Origin: Candidatus Latescibacterota bacterium
GTDB taxonomy: Bacteria > Latescibacterota > UBA2968
Direction of reading: 5' to 3'
NCBI GenBank assembly: GCA_965198115.1
Contig: OZ240241.1
Span: forward strand, 7,648,001 to 7,712,000
DNA length: 64,000 nucleotides
Shown: positions 9,860 to 20,011 of the stretch, piece after piece
Numbering within the stretch: the first letter of the stretch is position 1
Layout: every line of letters begins with the position of its first letter
The notes under the pieces: generated by a model
Database searches by the model: none
Seen by the model: the letters and a program-made list of their open reading frames with translations, nothing else
What the model was told of the DNA's origin: nothing
Made by a program: the position numbers and the translations under genes

Positions 9860-11434
9860 CTATGGCGACTGTCCAAAGGATCGCGCGAAACTCAGAAAGT
9901 CTGGGAATCCCACAGACCCATCCTCATCCAGGTCATAGAGCGATCGATATCCCGGGTCGCCGGAACGCGTGCCGAACGACGACGCGAAGAAAAGGAAATC
10001 GTCGAAGTCCACCATCCCGCTGCTGTCAAAGTCCGCCTTGCGGATCTTGGCAGGATCCCCTTCGTCCTCCTGGAAGGACAGGCGAATCCTCGCCCACGTT
10101 TCCTCGGTTCCGACCGAACCCGGTTCATCTACCGTCACCACGTGACGACCGCGCAGGGACAGCCCACCGATCCCCTCGAGCTTGGGTAGAGCCGCTTCGA
10201 CCACCACAGAGTCACCGGGCGCCAAAGATCGTTCCCACAGCGCATCCGTAAAGCCCCTGCCATCCGACCACCGCCAAACGTCCCCCCGACTGTCCGAGAG
10301 AACAAGATCGAATTCCTCCCCCGAGCGATACATCATTCTGAGCCTGTCTCTCGTAAGATTCCAGATCGCGTAGACGGCGACCACCGAGTCCCCTCGAGCC
10401 TGCACCCGAAGCGTTCGCCCAAGCCGGCGGATCGGAGGGACATCGGTCGAATCACCCACAACAACACGAATCGACGACTTTGTCTCCTCGAGGGTCAACC
10501 CGTTCGGCAATGCTCCATCGACCGTCAGGTAAGCATCTAGAACAAGAACACGGTCGGATACGGGACCGACCTGCCGCAGGTCAATCGTTTCCTCGAACCT
10601 GAACGTATCCTGTGAGGCGAACATCGTATCCAGCACGGTTGCAATGAAGAGCTTGTTCATGCCCCACGTCCACAGTCGACGCTCGGAAACAGGATCGACG
10701 ATCGCAAGGTCGTAGCGTTGCCCGCTCGGAAACCGAACCGGGATAGGCTCGCCAGACAGGTTCGTCAATTCATAAGAAACGTGTACACCATCGGTCGCCG
10801 TGTATCGGCGTCTGTCAGAACGAACTCGGACCCCGACCCTACGTTCTGGTTCCAGAAAAACAAGTCTCGCGAGTTCGTAACTCTGTGGGCCGGCGATCGT
10901 GATCTCCTGCCACTTGATCAGACCGACTGCCGGCGCGAACCAGAGATCTGTCGTCCCTGCGTCGGCCAGACCATCTCTCGGCCGCACCGCGAGATGGATC
11001 ACGTCAGAATACGTCCCAAGAGGGACCGAAAGTGTCGCACCACGATCCGCCACGGTAAACATCGATCCGCTCACCAGATCGTCATCCAATCCGGAAACCG
11101 TCCACGTTTCGCCGACGCTTGCTTCCAGATCTATCAGCAGCCGTCTTCCCCCATCCTTCACCTCGAACAGCTGGCCCGCCTCGGTCATACCAATGACGCG
11201 TGGGCCAAACGGTCCATCCCACCGGTAGAGATCAGCAACAGGATTCAGCGTCACGGTCCTCGCGATCTCCGTAGGCTGACCGACGAACGTGCTCGACAGC
11301 CCGTCACCCGTCGGGAAGTAGGGCGTTTGCGCCCCAGCGGGGTGAATCAGGAGCACCCACGCGATGAGAGTCGAGAACACACCTCCCCCGGTCCGAACCA
11401 AACGATTCACGAATAAATCCCTTCGAATAAGCAA
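9860..11434 (-). CDS. Secreted protein with two BsuPI-like (intracellular proteinase inhibitor) domains and a C-terminal dockerin-like EF-hand pair
   Basis: Signal peptide ..LLIHPAGAQ; FPSGQRYDLAIVD..LWTWGMNKLF and YRSGEEFDLVL..VWRWSDGRGFTDAL..LAPGD; DFDSSGMVDFDDF..FG..DLDEDGSVGFPDF..FG. Confidence 0.8.
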   Translation of the reverse strand: MLIRRDLFVNRLVRTGGGVFSTLIAWVLLIHPAGAQTPYFPTGDGLSSTFVGQPTEIARTVTLNPVADLYRWDGPFGPRVIGMTEAGQLFEVKDGGRRLLIDLEASVGETWTVSGLDDDLVSGSMFTVADRGATLSVPLGTYSDVIHLAVRPRDGLADAGTTDLWFAPAVGLIKWQEITIAGPQSYELARLVFLEPERRVGVRVRSDRRRYTATDGVHVSYELTNLSGEPIPVRFPSGQRYDLAIVDPVSERRLWTWGMNKLFIATVLDTMFASQDTFRFEETIDLRQVGPVSDRVLVLDAYLTVDGALPNGLTLEETKSSIRVVVGDSTDVPPIRRLGRTLRVQARGDSVVAVYAIWNLTRDRLRMMYRSGEEFDLVLSDSRGDVWRWSDGRGFTDALWERSLAPGDSVVVEAALPKLEGIGGLSLRGRHVVTVDEPGSVGTEETWARIRLSFQEDEGDPAKIRKADFDSSGMVDFDDFLFFASSFGTRSGDPGYRSLYDLDEDGSVGFPDFLSFARSFGQSP

Positions 11435-11602
11435 CTGTTTATAAGTAGATTAGGGAACGTTCTGTCTGACCGCCCTTTGTGCATCCTTTAAATTTCCGCA
11501 ATCCTGTTTGGTTCCAGTCGGCTCGGAAACACAAAGAACCCTTTTCGCAATCGGCCACGTCGTCTATATTCGGGGGACGATTTCCGCCACCTGGAGGACT
11601 GA

Positions 11603-12457
11603 GTGATGCTGACCGAGCAGAAGATCGACTTCTACCACGAGAATGGCTACCTCGGCGTCGAGAATGTTCTCTCCGACTCCGATGTCGAGGAGCTACGGCA
11701 GGTTACCGACGAATTCGTCGAAAAATCACGCGACGTAACCGAACACACGACCGTCTTCGACCTGGAGCCGGGTCACACACGCGAAGAGCCGAGGCTGCGG
11801 AGAATCAAGAGCCCTATGCTGCAGGACGACCGATATCGCAAGGTGCTTAGCCATCCGAACATTCTCACGATCGTCTCGCAGCTGATCGGCTACGGCCTTC
11901 GATGCAACGGCAACAAACTGAACATGAAGTTGCCCGAGTTCGGTAGCCCCGTCGAATGGCATCAGGATTGGGCGTTCTACCCTCACACGAACGACGACCT
12001 GTTGGCCGTTGGGGTCTGCATCGACGACATGACGATTGAAAACGGGGCCCTTCTCGTCGTACCGGGTTCTCACAGGGGACCTATTTACGATCATCATATA
12101 GACGGGCACTTCTGTGGTGCCATCACCGATCCGTCGTTCGACGAGAAAGGCGCCGTACCCGTCGAGCTCAAGGCAGGCGGCATCTCCATTCACCACGTGC
12201 GAGCGGTGCACGGGTCGACACCCAATCGATCCGAACATCCACGCAGATTACTCCTGTATCAGTACTGCGCGATCGATGCGTGGCCTCTCGGATTGTTCAA
12301 GGACTGGGATACTTTCAATGCGACGATCGTTCGCGGCGAGGAGACGAACGTTCCACGCGTGACGGAGGTGCCCGTCCGTATGCCGTTTCCGGCCGCTCTG
12401 CGAGGTGGATCGATCTACGAAAACCAGACCGTGCTCGACAAGCGGGTTCTAGGTTAG
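11603..12457 (+). CDS. Phytanoyl-CoA dioxygenase (PhyH) family 2OG-Fe(II) dioxygenase
   Basis: FYHENGYL, WHQD, ENGALLVVPGSH, distal HGS; GGAGG RBS. Confidence 0.9.
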   Translation: MMLTEQKIDFYHENGYLGVENVLSDSDVEELRQVTDEFVEKSRDVTEHTTVFDLEPGHTREEPRLRRIKSPMLQDDRYRKVLSHPNILTIVSQLIGYGLRCNGNKLNMKLPEFGSPVEWHQDWAFYPHTNDDLLAVGVCIDDMTIENGALLVVPGSHRGPIYDHHIDGHFCGAITDPSFDEKGAVPVELKAGGISIHHVRAVHGSTPNRSEHPRRLLLYQYCAIDAWPLGLFKDWDTFNATIVRGEETNVPRVTEVPVRMPFPAALRGGSIYENQTVLDKRVLG

Positions 12458-12465
12458 GAGTGGTG

Positions 12466-13230
12466 GTGGCCTATCTCGACCCATCGTCAGTCGCACACTA
12501 CAACGAAAAGGGATTCGTCCTCGTACGTGATGTCTTTACGGCCGAGGAGGTCGAGATTATGCTCGATGCCGTCGAGTCGGGCGATCGGGTTGCCGACACG
12601 ACCAAAGGCCGTCTCGATGGGGATGGTCTCACGTCCCGTCTCGCCATCTGGCACGACCTGGGCAACGACGTGTGGACCGCGGTTTCGACCTCTCCCCGCA
12701 TCGTCAACAGCATCCGAATCCTCCTCGGCGAAGAAGCCGCGTTCTTCCACGGCAAAATCGTTTTCAAGGACGCCCACGAAGGCGGCGCTTGGGAGTGGCA
12801 CCAGGACTACGGCTACTGGTACAACCAGGGCTTCGCCTTTCCACGAATGATCAGTGCCTCGATCGCGCTCGACCCCGCGACAATCCAGAACGGATGTTTG
12901 CAGGTGCTTCCCGGATCGCACCATCTGGGGCGCCTTGACCACGGTCGCGTCGGCGACCAGACGGGCATCGACAAGAATCGCCTGGATGCTGTCGTGCCCC
13001 TCTTCGAGCCCCTACACTGCGAGATGAATTCTGGCGACGCGCTCTTCTTCCATTGCAACCTGCTTCATACATCCGAAGCCAATCTGTCGGACCGTCCGAG
13101 ACGATCTTACATCATCTGCTACAATGCGCTGACCAATCCTCAGTTCGCGGAGACGCAGACGTCAGACCATCGGCCTTGTCCTGTGTCGTCCGACGACTCC
13201 ATCCTGAAAGCCGGCGAAATCCTCGTCTGA
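12466..13230 (+). CDS. PhyH family dioxygenase
   Basis: YNEKGFV, WEWHQDYGYW, NGCLQVLPGSH, FFHCNLLH; AGGAG RBS before GTG. Confidence 0.9.
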   Translation: MAYLDPSSVAHYNEKGFVLVRDVFTAEEVEIMLDAVESGDRVADTTKGRLDGDGLTSRLAIWHDLGNDVWTAVSTSPRIVNSIRILLGEEAAFFHGKIVFKDAHEGGAWEWHQDYGYWYNQGFAFPRMISASIALDPATIQNGCLQVLPGSHHLGRLDHGRVGDQTGIDKNRLDAVVPLFEPLHCEMNSGDALFFHCNLLHTSEANLSDRPRRSYIICYNALTNPQFAETQTSDHRPCPVSSDDSILKAGEILV

Positions 13231-13247
13231 GTTCTGATTCACAAACA

Positions 13248-13289
13248 GAAATCGCCCCCGACGCCGAGACCGGCATCGGGGGCGTTTCA
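13248..13289. terminator. Intrinsic terminator-like hairpin
   Basis: GAAATCGCCCCCGACGCCG-AGAC-CGGCATCGGGGGCGTTTC. Confidence 0.6.
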
Positions 13290-13326
13290 TTATCCCCTCC
13301 CCCCCGAGGACGAAAGGTAGATCCAA

Positions 13327-15712
13327 TCAGGGATGCATCAAAGATCCAAGGAGAGCACGCAGGGGTGCGGGCAACCACGAGTGATTCGGACTATCTGCGT
13401 AAACCCGACGAGATGCGGTCAGGACACGCGCGGGCAATGAGGCGTCGTCGAACGTCACACCGCCCCTCGATCCCGAACGTGGCGTTCGCACCGGTCGCGA
13501 TAGGTCTAAAAACCATCTCGGCGATCGGACCGTCTCCGGCAGTTGAACGCCCCTCTGTAATCGCACTGCCCAGAACGACCCTGCCGGGGGCCTCGTCGTG
13601 AACGAGGAAGAGGGGCGCGTAGGCACCGTTGCTCTCCAGCAGACTCACACGAGGAGCACGTGCGCCCACAAACTCGAATTGCGATGGATCGAACGAGAGC
13701 GTGAAACCCCAACCACGCACGTCTTCGGCCCCTTCGAGCGTGGCCCGTAGAGTCAGACGCCCATCACCATCGTCTCCGACGCGCAGCGACATCCGACCGG
13801 TGCCCTGGGCCGGAGTTGCCGGTTTGGCCGCAGCACTCGAGGGTGCGTCGACCGCGATTCGTCCGAAGTTCGCGGAGAACAGCAGGAAATCAACAAATCC
13901 GATCCGTCCGTCGCCGTCCAGGTCGGCACCCTGTAGATAGCTCACATCCGAGGCGGTCGCTCCAAAAGCCTGCGAGAAATGCAGAAAGTCATTGAAGTCC
14001 ACGCGGGGGTCCACATCGGCCGCGATCAAGCCCTTGATTTCAGCACCCGTCGCGTCGTGGTAGATCGTCACGCTGCCTTCTACGACCAGTGCGAGGCTGC
14101 CGGTCAGGCGAGGCTCGAAGACCGCGTGCTCCGAATCGATCAACAGAACGTCGATCAAGGGCAACTCGCTCGTCACGTTCTTCAGCGCGCGAAGTCGGAT
14201 CGTGGCAAGCGAACCTTCACCCGAAGCACCGCCTGGCCGAGGATCGAATTCACGATCCCGAGGTCCCCGTCCAGCAGTCGACCGGCCATATCGGCGTTGT
14301 ACTGGGCAAAGACATCCCCACGAGACGTCACGTCCACGAACGCGAACGCCGTCGGGTCGAAGATGAGGCGGAGCTGATAAGTGTGCATCTGCACGAACCC
14401 CTCGGCCTCGATTGTCACGTCGAACAAATCGCCGACTCGAACCGCCATCTCGGGCCCCACCATCCGTACCACCGGATCCGGATCCCCCAGCAACGACCGC
14501 TTGAATGTCGGGAAAACGGGTTTGATTCCCGATACCCCCGTGTTGTTCGTGACGTTTGCGGCAGCAAAGTCTCGATCCGTCGCGTTGATCACACCATCTC
14601 GGTTCACGTCGGTGATCGCACTGTAGAGACTGTCGCCAATCTGTTCGAACAGCGCCTGGTGATCGCGTTGAGATCGCTTGCGTCGATCACGTTGTTTGGG
14701 ATGCTCGAACCCGTGCTGTCGTTGAAACCGGCCACGTCGCCGGCCAACAGGAATCCGCGGTCGACATAATCTCCATCGATCACAGGCTGCACGCCGGGCA
14801 GGCTGAAGCCCGGATTGACATCGAGTGTGTCGTGACCGGCCAGATGGCGGTCCAACTTGGCGACGAGGATGAATCTCCCGGACGGAACGCTGTTCAGCAC
14901 GAACTGTCCGTCGACGCCCGTTGTGATGACCTGTACTCCATCGCGATCGGGGTCAGTGTCGTTCAGCAAGAAAAACGGGTCGTCGACTTCGCCGTAACTA
15001 CCCACCTCACGCAGGAAGAAATCGACCGTGTCGGCGGATACGGCCCGCCCCTGGAGGGGGACTGTACCTGTCACCACACCACGTGGCACGATCGTCACAT
15101 TGATTGGGGGTGGTACGCCTGCTACAATGTCGGTGATCGTCTGATCGAGCATCCGGGTTCGGCGGGGATCCTGGTTATCGATCGAAATGTTCGACGCTAC
15201 CGCCGGGCTACCGGACAGCGTCTTGGCCTTGAAGTTCGCAAACGCGCGCCTGCACGCCGTCGAAGAAGGTGAGACCCGTGGTCTGATCCGTGTAGATGAA
15301 CTCGTAGGTCAGAACGCCGTTCACGACTTGTGCAATCTGGTCGACGTTCGAGGCACTCAGCTGCGTGTTAGTCCCGAGCGTGAACGGCTGAATGCCCGAT
15401 GTGCTCGCATCCGTATCGATCGCTTCGAACAGATCGTTATCCAGCGACATGAAGATGTTGACGATATCGATTCGTCGGCCGGTCGCACTCCCGTCGTCAG
15501 GCACGATAGGTACGCTGAGAGTGTCGTCCTCTACCGCGAAGAGTTTCGGCGGTACGATGAAGCGTGCAGAAGTCGCCGGACTCGCGGGTACCACGCCCGT
15601 AAAGGTGATCCGACCGGGCGCCTTGACGAGTGGCGAGAACCCAAGGAAGTTCGCGGGCTGACCACCCGAAATACCGAAGTCCCCGTTCTCGATCCCGAGA
15701 TACACGAAGTAA
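13327..15712 (-). pseudogene. Fragmented cohesin/dockerin surface protein, 5' end removed at ISAzo13
   Basis: At least four frameshifted pieces: carboxypeptidase-reg-like (TTGVDGQFVLNSVPSG), dockerin (GDV..NVIDASDL..DVNRDGVINATD), cohesin (YQLRLIFDPTAF; WGFTLSFDPSQFEF), EF pair VDFNDF..FG..ADLDGDGRIGFVDF. Confidence 0.8.
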
Positions 15713-15769
15713 GGGTTTGCCACGAAATAAGTGCTGCACTTTTCAAGGTAATGATCTTACGCTCGGAGT

Positions 15770-16978
15770 GTGGACGTCGAAACTCTCCGAACGAAGTATG
15801 AAGCCTTGGCTCCGGTGCTGACGGAACGCACGCGTCGTCTGTGGGCCGCCACGGAAGCCGAAGCGTTGGGTCACGGTGGGATCGCGATTGTGGCTCTGGC
15901 GACAGGAATGTCCAGAGAGCGGATCTTTCGTGGCATTCAGGAGTTGAGGTCGGACGAACCTTTGGACCCGGCTCGCATCCGGCGTCCAGGCGGCGGTCGT
16001 AAGCGGAAGGCCGACACGGACCCGACGCTGTGGCAGGACCTGAATGATCTGGTCGAGCCAACGACTGCGGGGTCGCCTGACGACAATCCTCTGAGATGGA
16101 CATCGAAGAGCACTCGCAAACTGGCCGCCGAGTTGCAAGCGATGGGGCATTCGGTGAGCCCCAGGATCGTTGCCAATCTCCTGCACGAACACGATTACAC
16201 GCTGCAGGCGAATCGGAAGACAAGGGAGGGATCTGCACACCCGGATCGGGACGCTCAGTTCGTTTACCTCGATGATCGGATTAGCCAGCAGCAGCAGCAG
16301 GGCCTTCCCGTTATCTCGGTGGACACCAAGAAGAAAGAGTTGATCGGCGACTTCAAGAATCCTGGCCGAGAATGGCGACCCAAGGGAGACCCGGAGCGTG
16401 TGAAGGTACACGATTTCATAGTGCCTGCTCAGGGCAAGGCGATCCCTTATGGAGTGTATGATCTGAGCCGTGATGAAGGCTGGGTAAGTGTCGGTATCGA
16501 TCACGACACGGCCAGCTTCGCCGTGAATGCGATCCGAAGTTGGTGGAAGAACATGGGACGGCCCGCCTACGGCACTTCGACGCATCTGCTAATCACGGCG
16601 GACGCAGGCGGCAGCAACGGCGCCAAGACGCGGCTGTGGAAGTGGGAGCTGCAGCGCTTTGCGAATCGCACTGGCCTGACGATCACCGTATGCCACTACC
16701 CTCCTGGCACTAGTAAGTGGAACAAGATCGAACATCGCCTGTTCTCCTTCATCGCTATGAACTGGCAAGGCAAGCCCCTGGTCAGCCTGGCTGCAACCGT
16801 GAATCTCATTGCCGGAACGACCACTCAAGCCGGTCTCCGAGTACGCTCCGAGATCGACAAGCGACCCTACCCTAACGGGGTCAAGGTGACCGATGAACAG
16901 ATGACCCAAATCGATCTCACTCCGCACGATTTCCACGGCGACTGGAACTACACGATCCGGCCAATGGCTCAACATTGA
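15770..16978 (+). CDS. ISAzo13-family transposase
   Basis: ERTRRLWAATEA..GHGG, PLRWTSKS, ISVDTKKKE, LITADAGGSNG, HYPPGTSKWNKIEHRLFS. Confidence 0.95.
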   Translation: MDVETLRTKYEALAPVLTERTRRLWAATEAEALGHGGIAIVALATGMSRERIFRGIQELRSDEPLDPARIRRPGGGRKRKADTDPTLWQDLNDLVEPTTAGSPDDNPLRWTSKSTRKLAAELQAMGHSVSPRIVANLLHEHDYTLQANRKTREGSAHPDRDAQFVYLDDRISQQQQQGLPVISVDTKKKELIGDFKNPGREWRPKGDPERVKVHDFIVPAQGKAIPYGVYDLSRDEGWVSVGIDHDTASFAVNAIRSWWKNMGRPAYGTSTHLLITADAGGSNGAKTRLWKWELQRFANRTGLTITVCHYPPGTSKWNKIEHRLFSFIAMNWQGKPLVSLAATVNLIAGTTTQAGLRVRSEIDKRPYPNGVKVTDEQMTQIDLTPHDFHGDWNYTIRPMAQH

Positions 16979-16996
16979 GATCGACCGTTTATTTAT

Positions 16997-18416
16997 GGCT
17001 ATATCTGGATCTCTCAACGAGATGAAGTGGGTGAAGGTGCCGTGGTTCCTGGCATGGGGGCGCGGTTAGCGTGTGCGGAACCTCTTCGGAATCTGCTCAG
17101 GGATGTTTATGTCTCCGACGGTAAGGAAGATCATATCGTTGAATGCGTCGAGTGTGCGGAATCCGCTGGCTCGGTTCTTGACGATTTGGACGATTCGGTT
17201 GAGGCCTTCGGCGATGGCGTTGGTAAGACGCGTGTTCACGAATGCGAGGACGCCGAAGAAGTGCTGTCGCAGGGTCCTGACGAACTTTCGCAGGGGTTCA
17301 AGTCGACTTCTGAGTGCGGACGTCGTCCAGCATTTCAGGAAGCGTTCGGCAGCCCAGGGCGCTTTGTATTCCCAGAACTGCTCGAACTCGTCCTTGAGTC
17401 TCCAGGCTCTATAGATTCGGTAGTTCGCCTTCTCCAGTGCTTTGAGTGTCCGAGTATCCCCTCTGGAGCGTGTCGCTGAGTGCCGGTAGAGGAGCCATCG
17501 GAGGCCCTTCATGGCTTTGCGCTCATCCGGGGCAGCTTTACGCCACTGGTCCTTACGGACCTCGTCAACGGCGGCATTGAGAGCCTTGACGATGTGAAAG
17601 CGATCGAGGACCAGCTTGGCATTCGGACAGTGTTCCTGGATGGCTCCGATGTAAGCTTCGCTCATGTCGCAGCAGGCCCACTCGATCTTGGATCTCTGGT
17701 AGGGACTGAGAGCCTCTGTGAAGAACCGATCGATCGTTTTACGCGCCCTGCCGCGGCCAACCCACACCACGCAGGAGCGGTCCAGATCGTAAACGAGCGT
17801 GGCGTACCTGTGACGCTTGGCGTAGGAGATCTCGTCGATCCCGATGGTTTTGAGCCCTCGGATACGATGACCTTCACGAAGCCGCGTGATGGATCGGTGA
17901 CGGAGATCCGACAGCGTCGAGGCAGAGATGCGCAGTAACTCGGACGCCGCCTTCTGCGTCATGGTCTGGCAGTAGCGCAGCATGGCATACTCGAAGCGAT
18001 ACGTCACCCGAGAGAACCGCTCCGCCCACGGAATCTCCTCGACCACACGACCGTGGGTAGGACACCGAATCTCCCGAGGATGGTAGAGAAGCCAGACCCT
18101 CCACCCGCACACCGGAATGTCACGCCACCGACGCGGATGGGGCATTGTGCGGACGATTTTACCTCGACGGCCGCACTCCGGACAACAACAACCATTCTTA
18201 TGTGGCTTTACGGCGATGACGAAACAGCTTCTCCCCTCAAACCACCAGCTGACAACACGGAACCCCTTGAATCTCAGCAGTTTCGATAGTAATCTGCTCC
18301 CGGTCATAGGTCGCACCCCCTTCGCTTTGATTGTCCTACACACACAACCAAGCGTAGGGAACGATCTATGACCTTGTCATTCTATAGTTTCACCGTTGAG
18401 AAACCCGGATAGAGCC
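16997..18416 (-). mobile_element. ISL3-family element, copy A of the tandem dimer
   Basis: IRs GGCTATATCTGGATCTCTCAACG and CGTTGAGAAACCCGGATAGAGCC. Confidence 0.95.
17066..18343 (-). CDS. ISL3-family transposase (start may be ATG 18307)
   Basis: CPECG zinc finger, IGIDEIS, CCDMSEAY, DRFHIVK, TNAIAEGLN. Confidence 0.95.
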   Translation of the reverse strand: MCRTIKAKGVRPMTGSRLLSKLLRFKGFRVVSWWFEGRSCFVIAVKPHKNGCCCPECGRRGKIVRTMPHPRRWRDIPVCGWRVWLLYHPREIRCPTHGRVVEEIPWAERFSRVTYRFEYAMLRYCQTMTQKAASELLRISASTLSDLRHRSITRLREGHRIRGLKTIGIDEISYAKRHRYATLVYDLDRSCVVWVGRGRARKTIDRFFTEALSPYQRSKIEWACCDMSEAYIGAIQEHCPNAKLVLDRFHIVKALNAAVDEVRKDQWRKAAPDERKAMKGLRWLLYRHSATRSRGDTRTLKALEKANYRIYRAWRLKDEFEQFWEYKAPWAAERFLKCWTTSALRSRLEPLRKFVRTLRQHFFGVLAFVNTRLTNAIAEGLNRIVQIVKNRASGFRTLDAFNDMIFLTVGDINIPEQIPKRFRTR

Positions 18417-18424
18417 ATTTTTTT

Positions 18425-19844
18425 GGCTATATCCGGATCTCTCAACGAGATGAAGTGGGTGAAGGTGCCGTGGTTCCTGGCATGGGGGCGCGGTTAGAGT
18501 GTGCGGAACCTCTTCGGAATCTGCTCAGGGATGTTTATGTCTCCGACGGTAAGGAAGATCATATCGTTGAATGCGTCGAGTGTGCGGAATCCGCTGGCTC
18601 GGTTCTTGACGATTTGGACGATTCGGTTGAGGCCTTCGGCGATGGCGTTGGTAAGACGCGTGTTCACGAATGCGAGGACGCCGAAGAAGTGCTGTCGCAG
18701 GGTCCTGACGAACTTTCGCAGGGGTTCAAGTCGACTTCTGAGTGCGGACGTCGTCCAGCATTTCAGGAAGCGTTCGGCAGCCCAGGGCGCTTTGTATTCC
18801 CAGAACTGCTCGAACTCGTCCTTGAGTCTCCAGGCTCTATAGATTCGGTAGTTCGCCTTCTCCAGTGCTTTGAGTGTCCGAGTATCCCCTCTGGAGCGTG
18901 TCGCTGAGTGCCGGTAGAGGAGCCATCGGAGGCCCTTCATGGCTTTGCGCTCATCCGGGGCAGCTTTACGCCACTGGTCCTTACGGACCTCGTCAACGGC
19001 GGCATTGAGAGCCTTGACGATGTGAAAGCGATCGAGGACCAGCTTGGCATTCGGACAGTGTTCCTGGATGGCTCCGATGTAAGCTTCGCTCATGTCGCAG
19101 CAGGCCCACTCGATCTTGGATCTCCGGTAGGGACTGAGAGCCTCTGTGAAGAACCGATCGATCGTTTTACGCGCCCTGCCGCGGCCAACCCACACCACGC
19201 AGGAGCGGTCCAGATCGTAAACGAGCGTGGCGTACCTGTGACGCTTGGCGTAGGAGATCTCGTCGATCCCGATGGTTTTGAGCCCTCGGATACGATGACC
19301 TTCACGAAGCCGCGTGATGGATCGGTGAAGGAGATCCGACAGCGTCGAGGCAGAGATGCGCAGCAACTCGGACGCCGCCTTCTGCGTCATGGTCTGGCAG
19401 TAGCGCAGCATGGCATACTCGAAGCGATACGTCACCCGAGAGAACCGCTCCGCCCACGGAATCTCCTCGACCACACGACCGTGGGTAGGACACCGAATCT
19501 CCCGAGGATGGTAGAGAAGCCAGACCCTCCACCCGCACACCGGAATGTCACGCCACCGACGCGGATGGGGCATTGTGCGGACGATTTTACCTCGACGGCC
19601 GCACTCCGGACAACAACAACCATTCTTATGTGGCTTTACGGCGATGACGAAACAGCTTCTCCCCTCAAACCACCAGCTGACAACACGGAACCCCTTGAAT
19701 CTCAGCAGTTTCGATAGTAATCTGCTCCCGGTCATAGGTCGCACCCCCTTCGCTTTGATTGTCCTACACACACAACCAAGCGTAGGGAACGATCTATGAC
19801 CTTGTCATTCTATAGTTTCACCGTTGAGAAACCCGGATAGAGCC
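18425..19844 (-). mobile_element. ISL3-family element, copy B of the tandem dimer
   Basis: 8-bp spacer ATTTTTTT to copy A; whole dimer flanked by TSD TTATTTAT (16989-16996, 19845-19852). Confidence 0.95.
18494..19771 (-). CDS. ISL3-family transposase
   Basis: Near-identical to copy A, with a few substitutions. Confidence 0.95.
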   Translation of the reverse strand: MCRTIKAKGVRPMTGSRLLSKLLRFKGFRVVSWWFEGRSCFVIAVKPHKNGCCCPECGRRGKIVRTMPHPRRWRDIPVCGWRVWLLYHPREIRCPTHGRVVEEIPWAERFSRVTYRFEYAMLRYCQTMTQKAASELLRISASTLSDLLHRSITRLREGHRIRGLKTIGIDEISYAKRHRYATLVYDLDRSCVVWVGRGRARKTIDRFFTEALSPYRRSKIEWACCDMSEAYIGAIQEHCPNAKLVLDRFHIVKALNAAVDEVRKDQWRKAAPDERKAMKGLRWLLYRHSATRSRGDTRTLKALEKANYRIYRAWRLKDEFEQFWEYKAPWAAERFLKCWTTSALRSRLEPLRKFVRTLRQHFFGVLAFVNTRLTNAIAEGLNRIVQIVKNRASGFRTLDAFNDMIFLTVGDINIPEQIPKRFRTL

Positions 19845-20011
19845 TTATTTATTCGCGAACCCTTACTGCAGGGATGTAAACGACTCGAGCCATTTAGTCC
19901 TCCCGATGTTCTTTCTCAATCGCCTTGACTGTCGAGTTCTCGACATTACGGCGAGGTCATGGTCACGTAGTGCAGGGACGGTTCGCGAACCGTCCTACGA
20001 GATGACACTTT

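Larger units (their letters stand above)
15713..19862 (+). mobile_element. ISAzo13-family element (copy 1), right end interrupted by an ISL3 tandem dimer
   Basis: Ends GGGTTTGCCACGAAATAA and TTATTTATTCGCGAACCC, same as copy 2; flanks TAA and TTA do not match. Confidence 0.9.

Noticed and set aside
16997-19844. Composite transposon or CRISPR-like repeat
   Set aside because: Only 8 bp separate the copies, so there is no cargo; no repeat-spacer array or cas gene anywhere in the window
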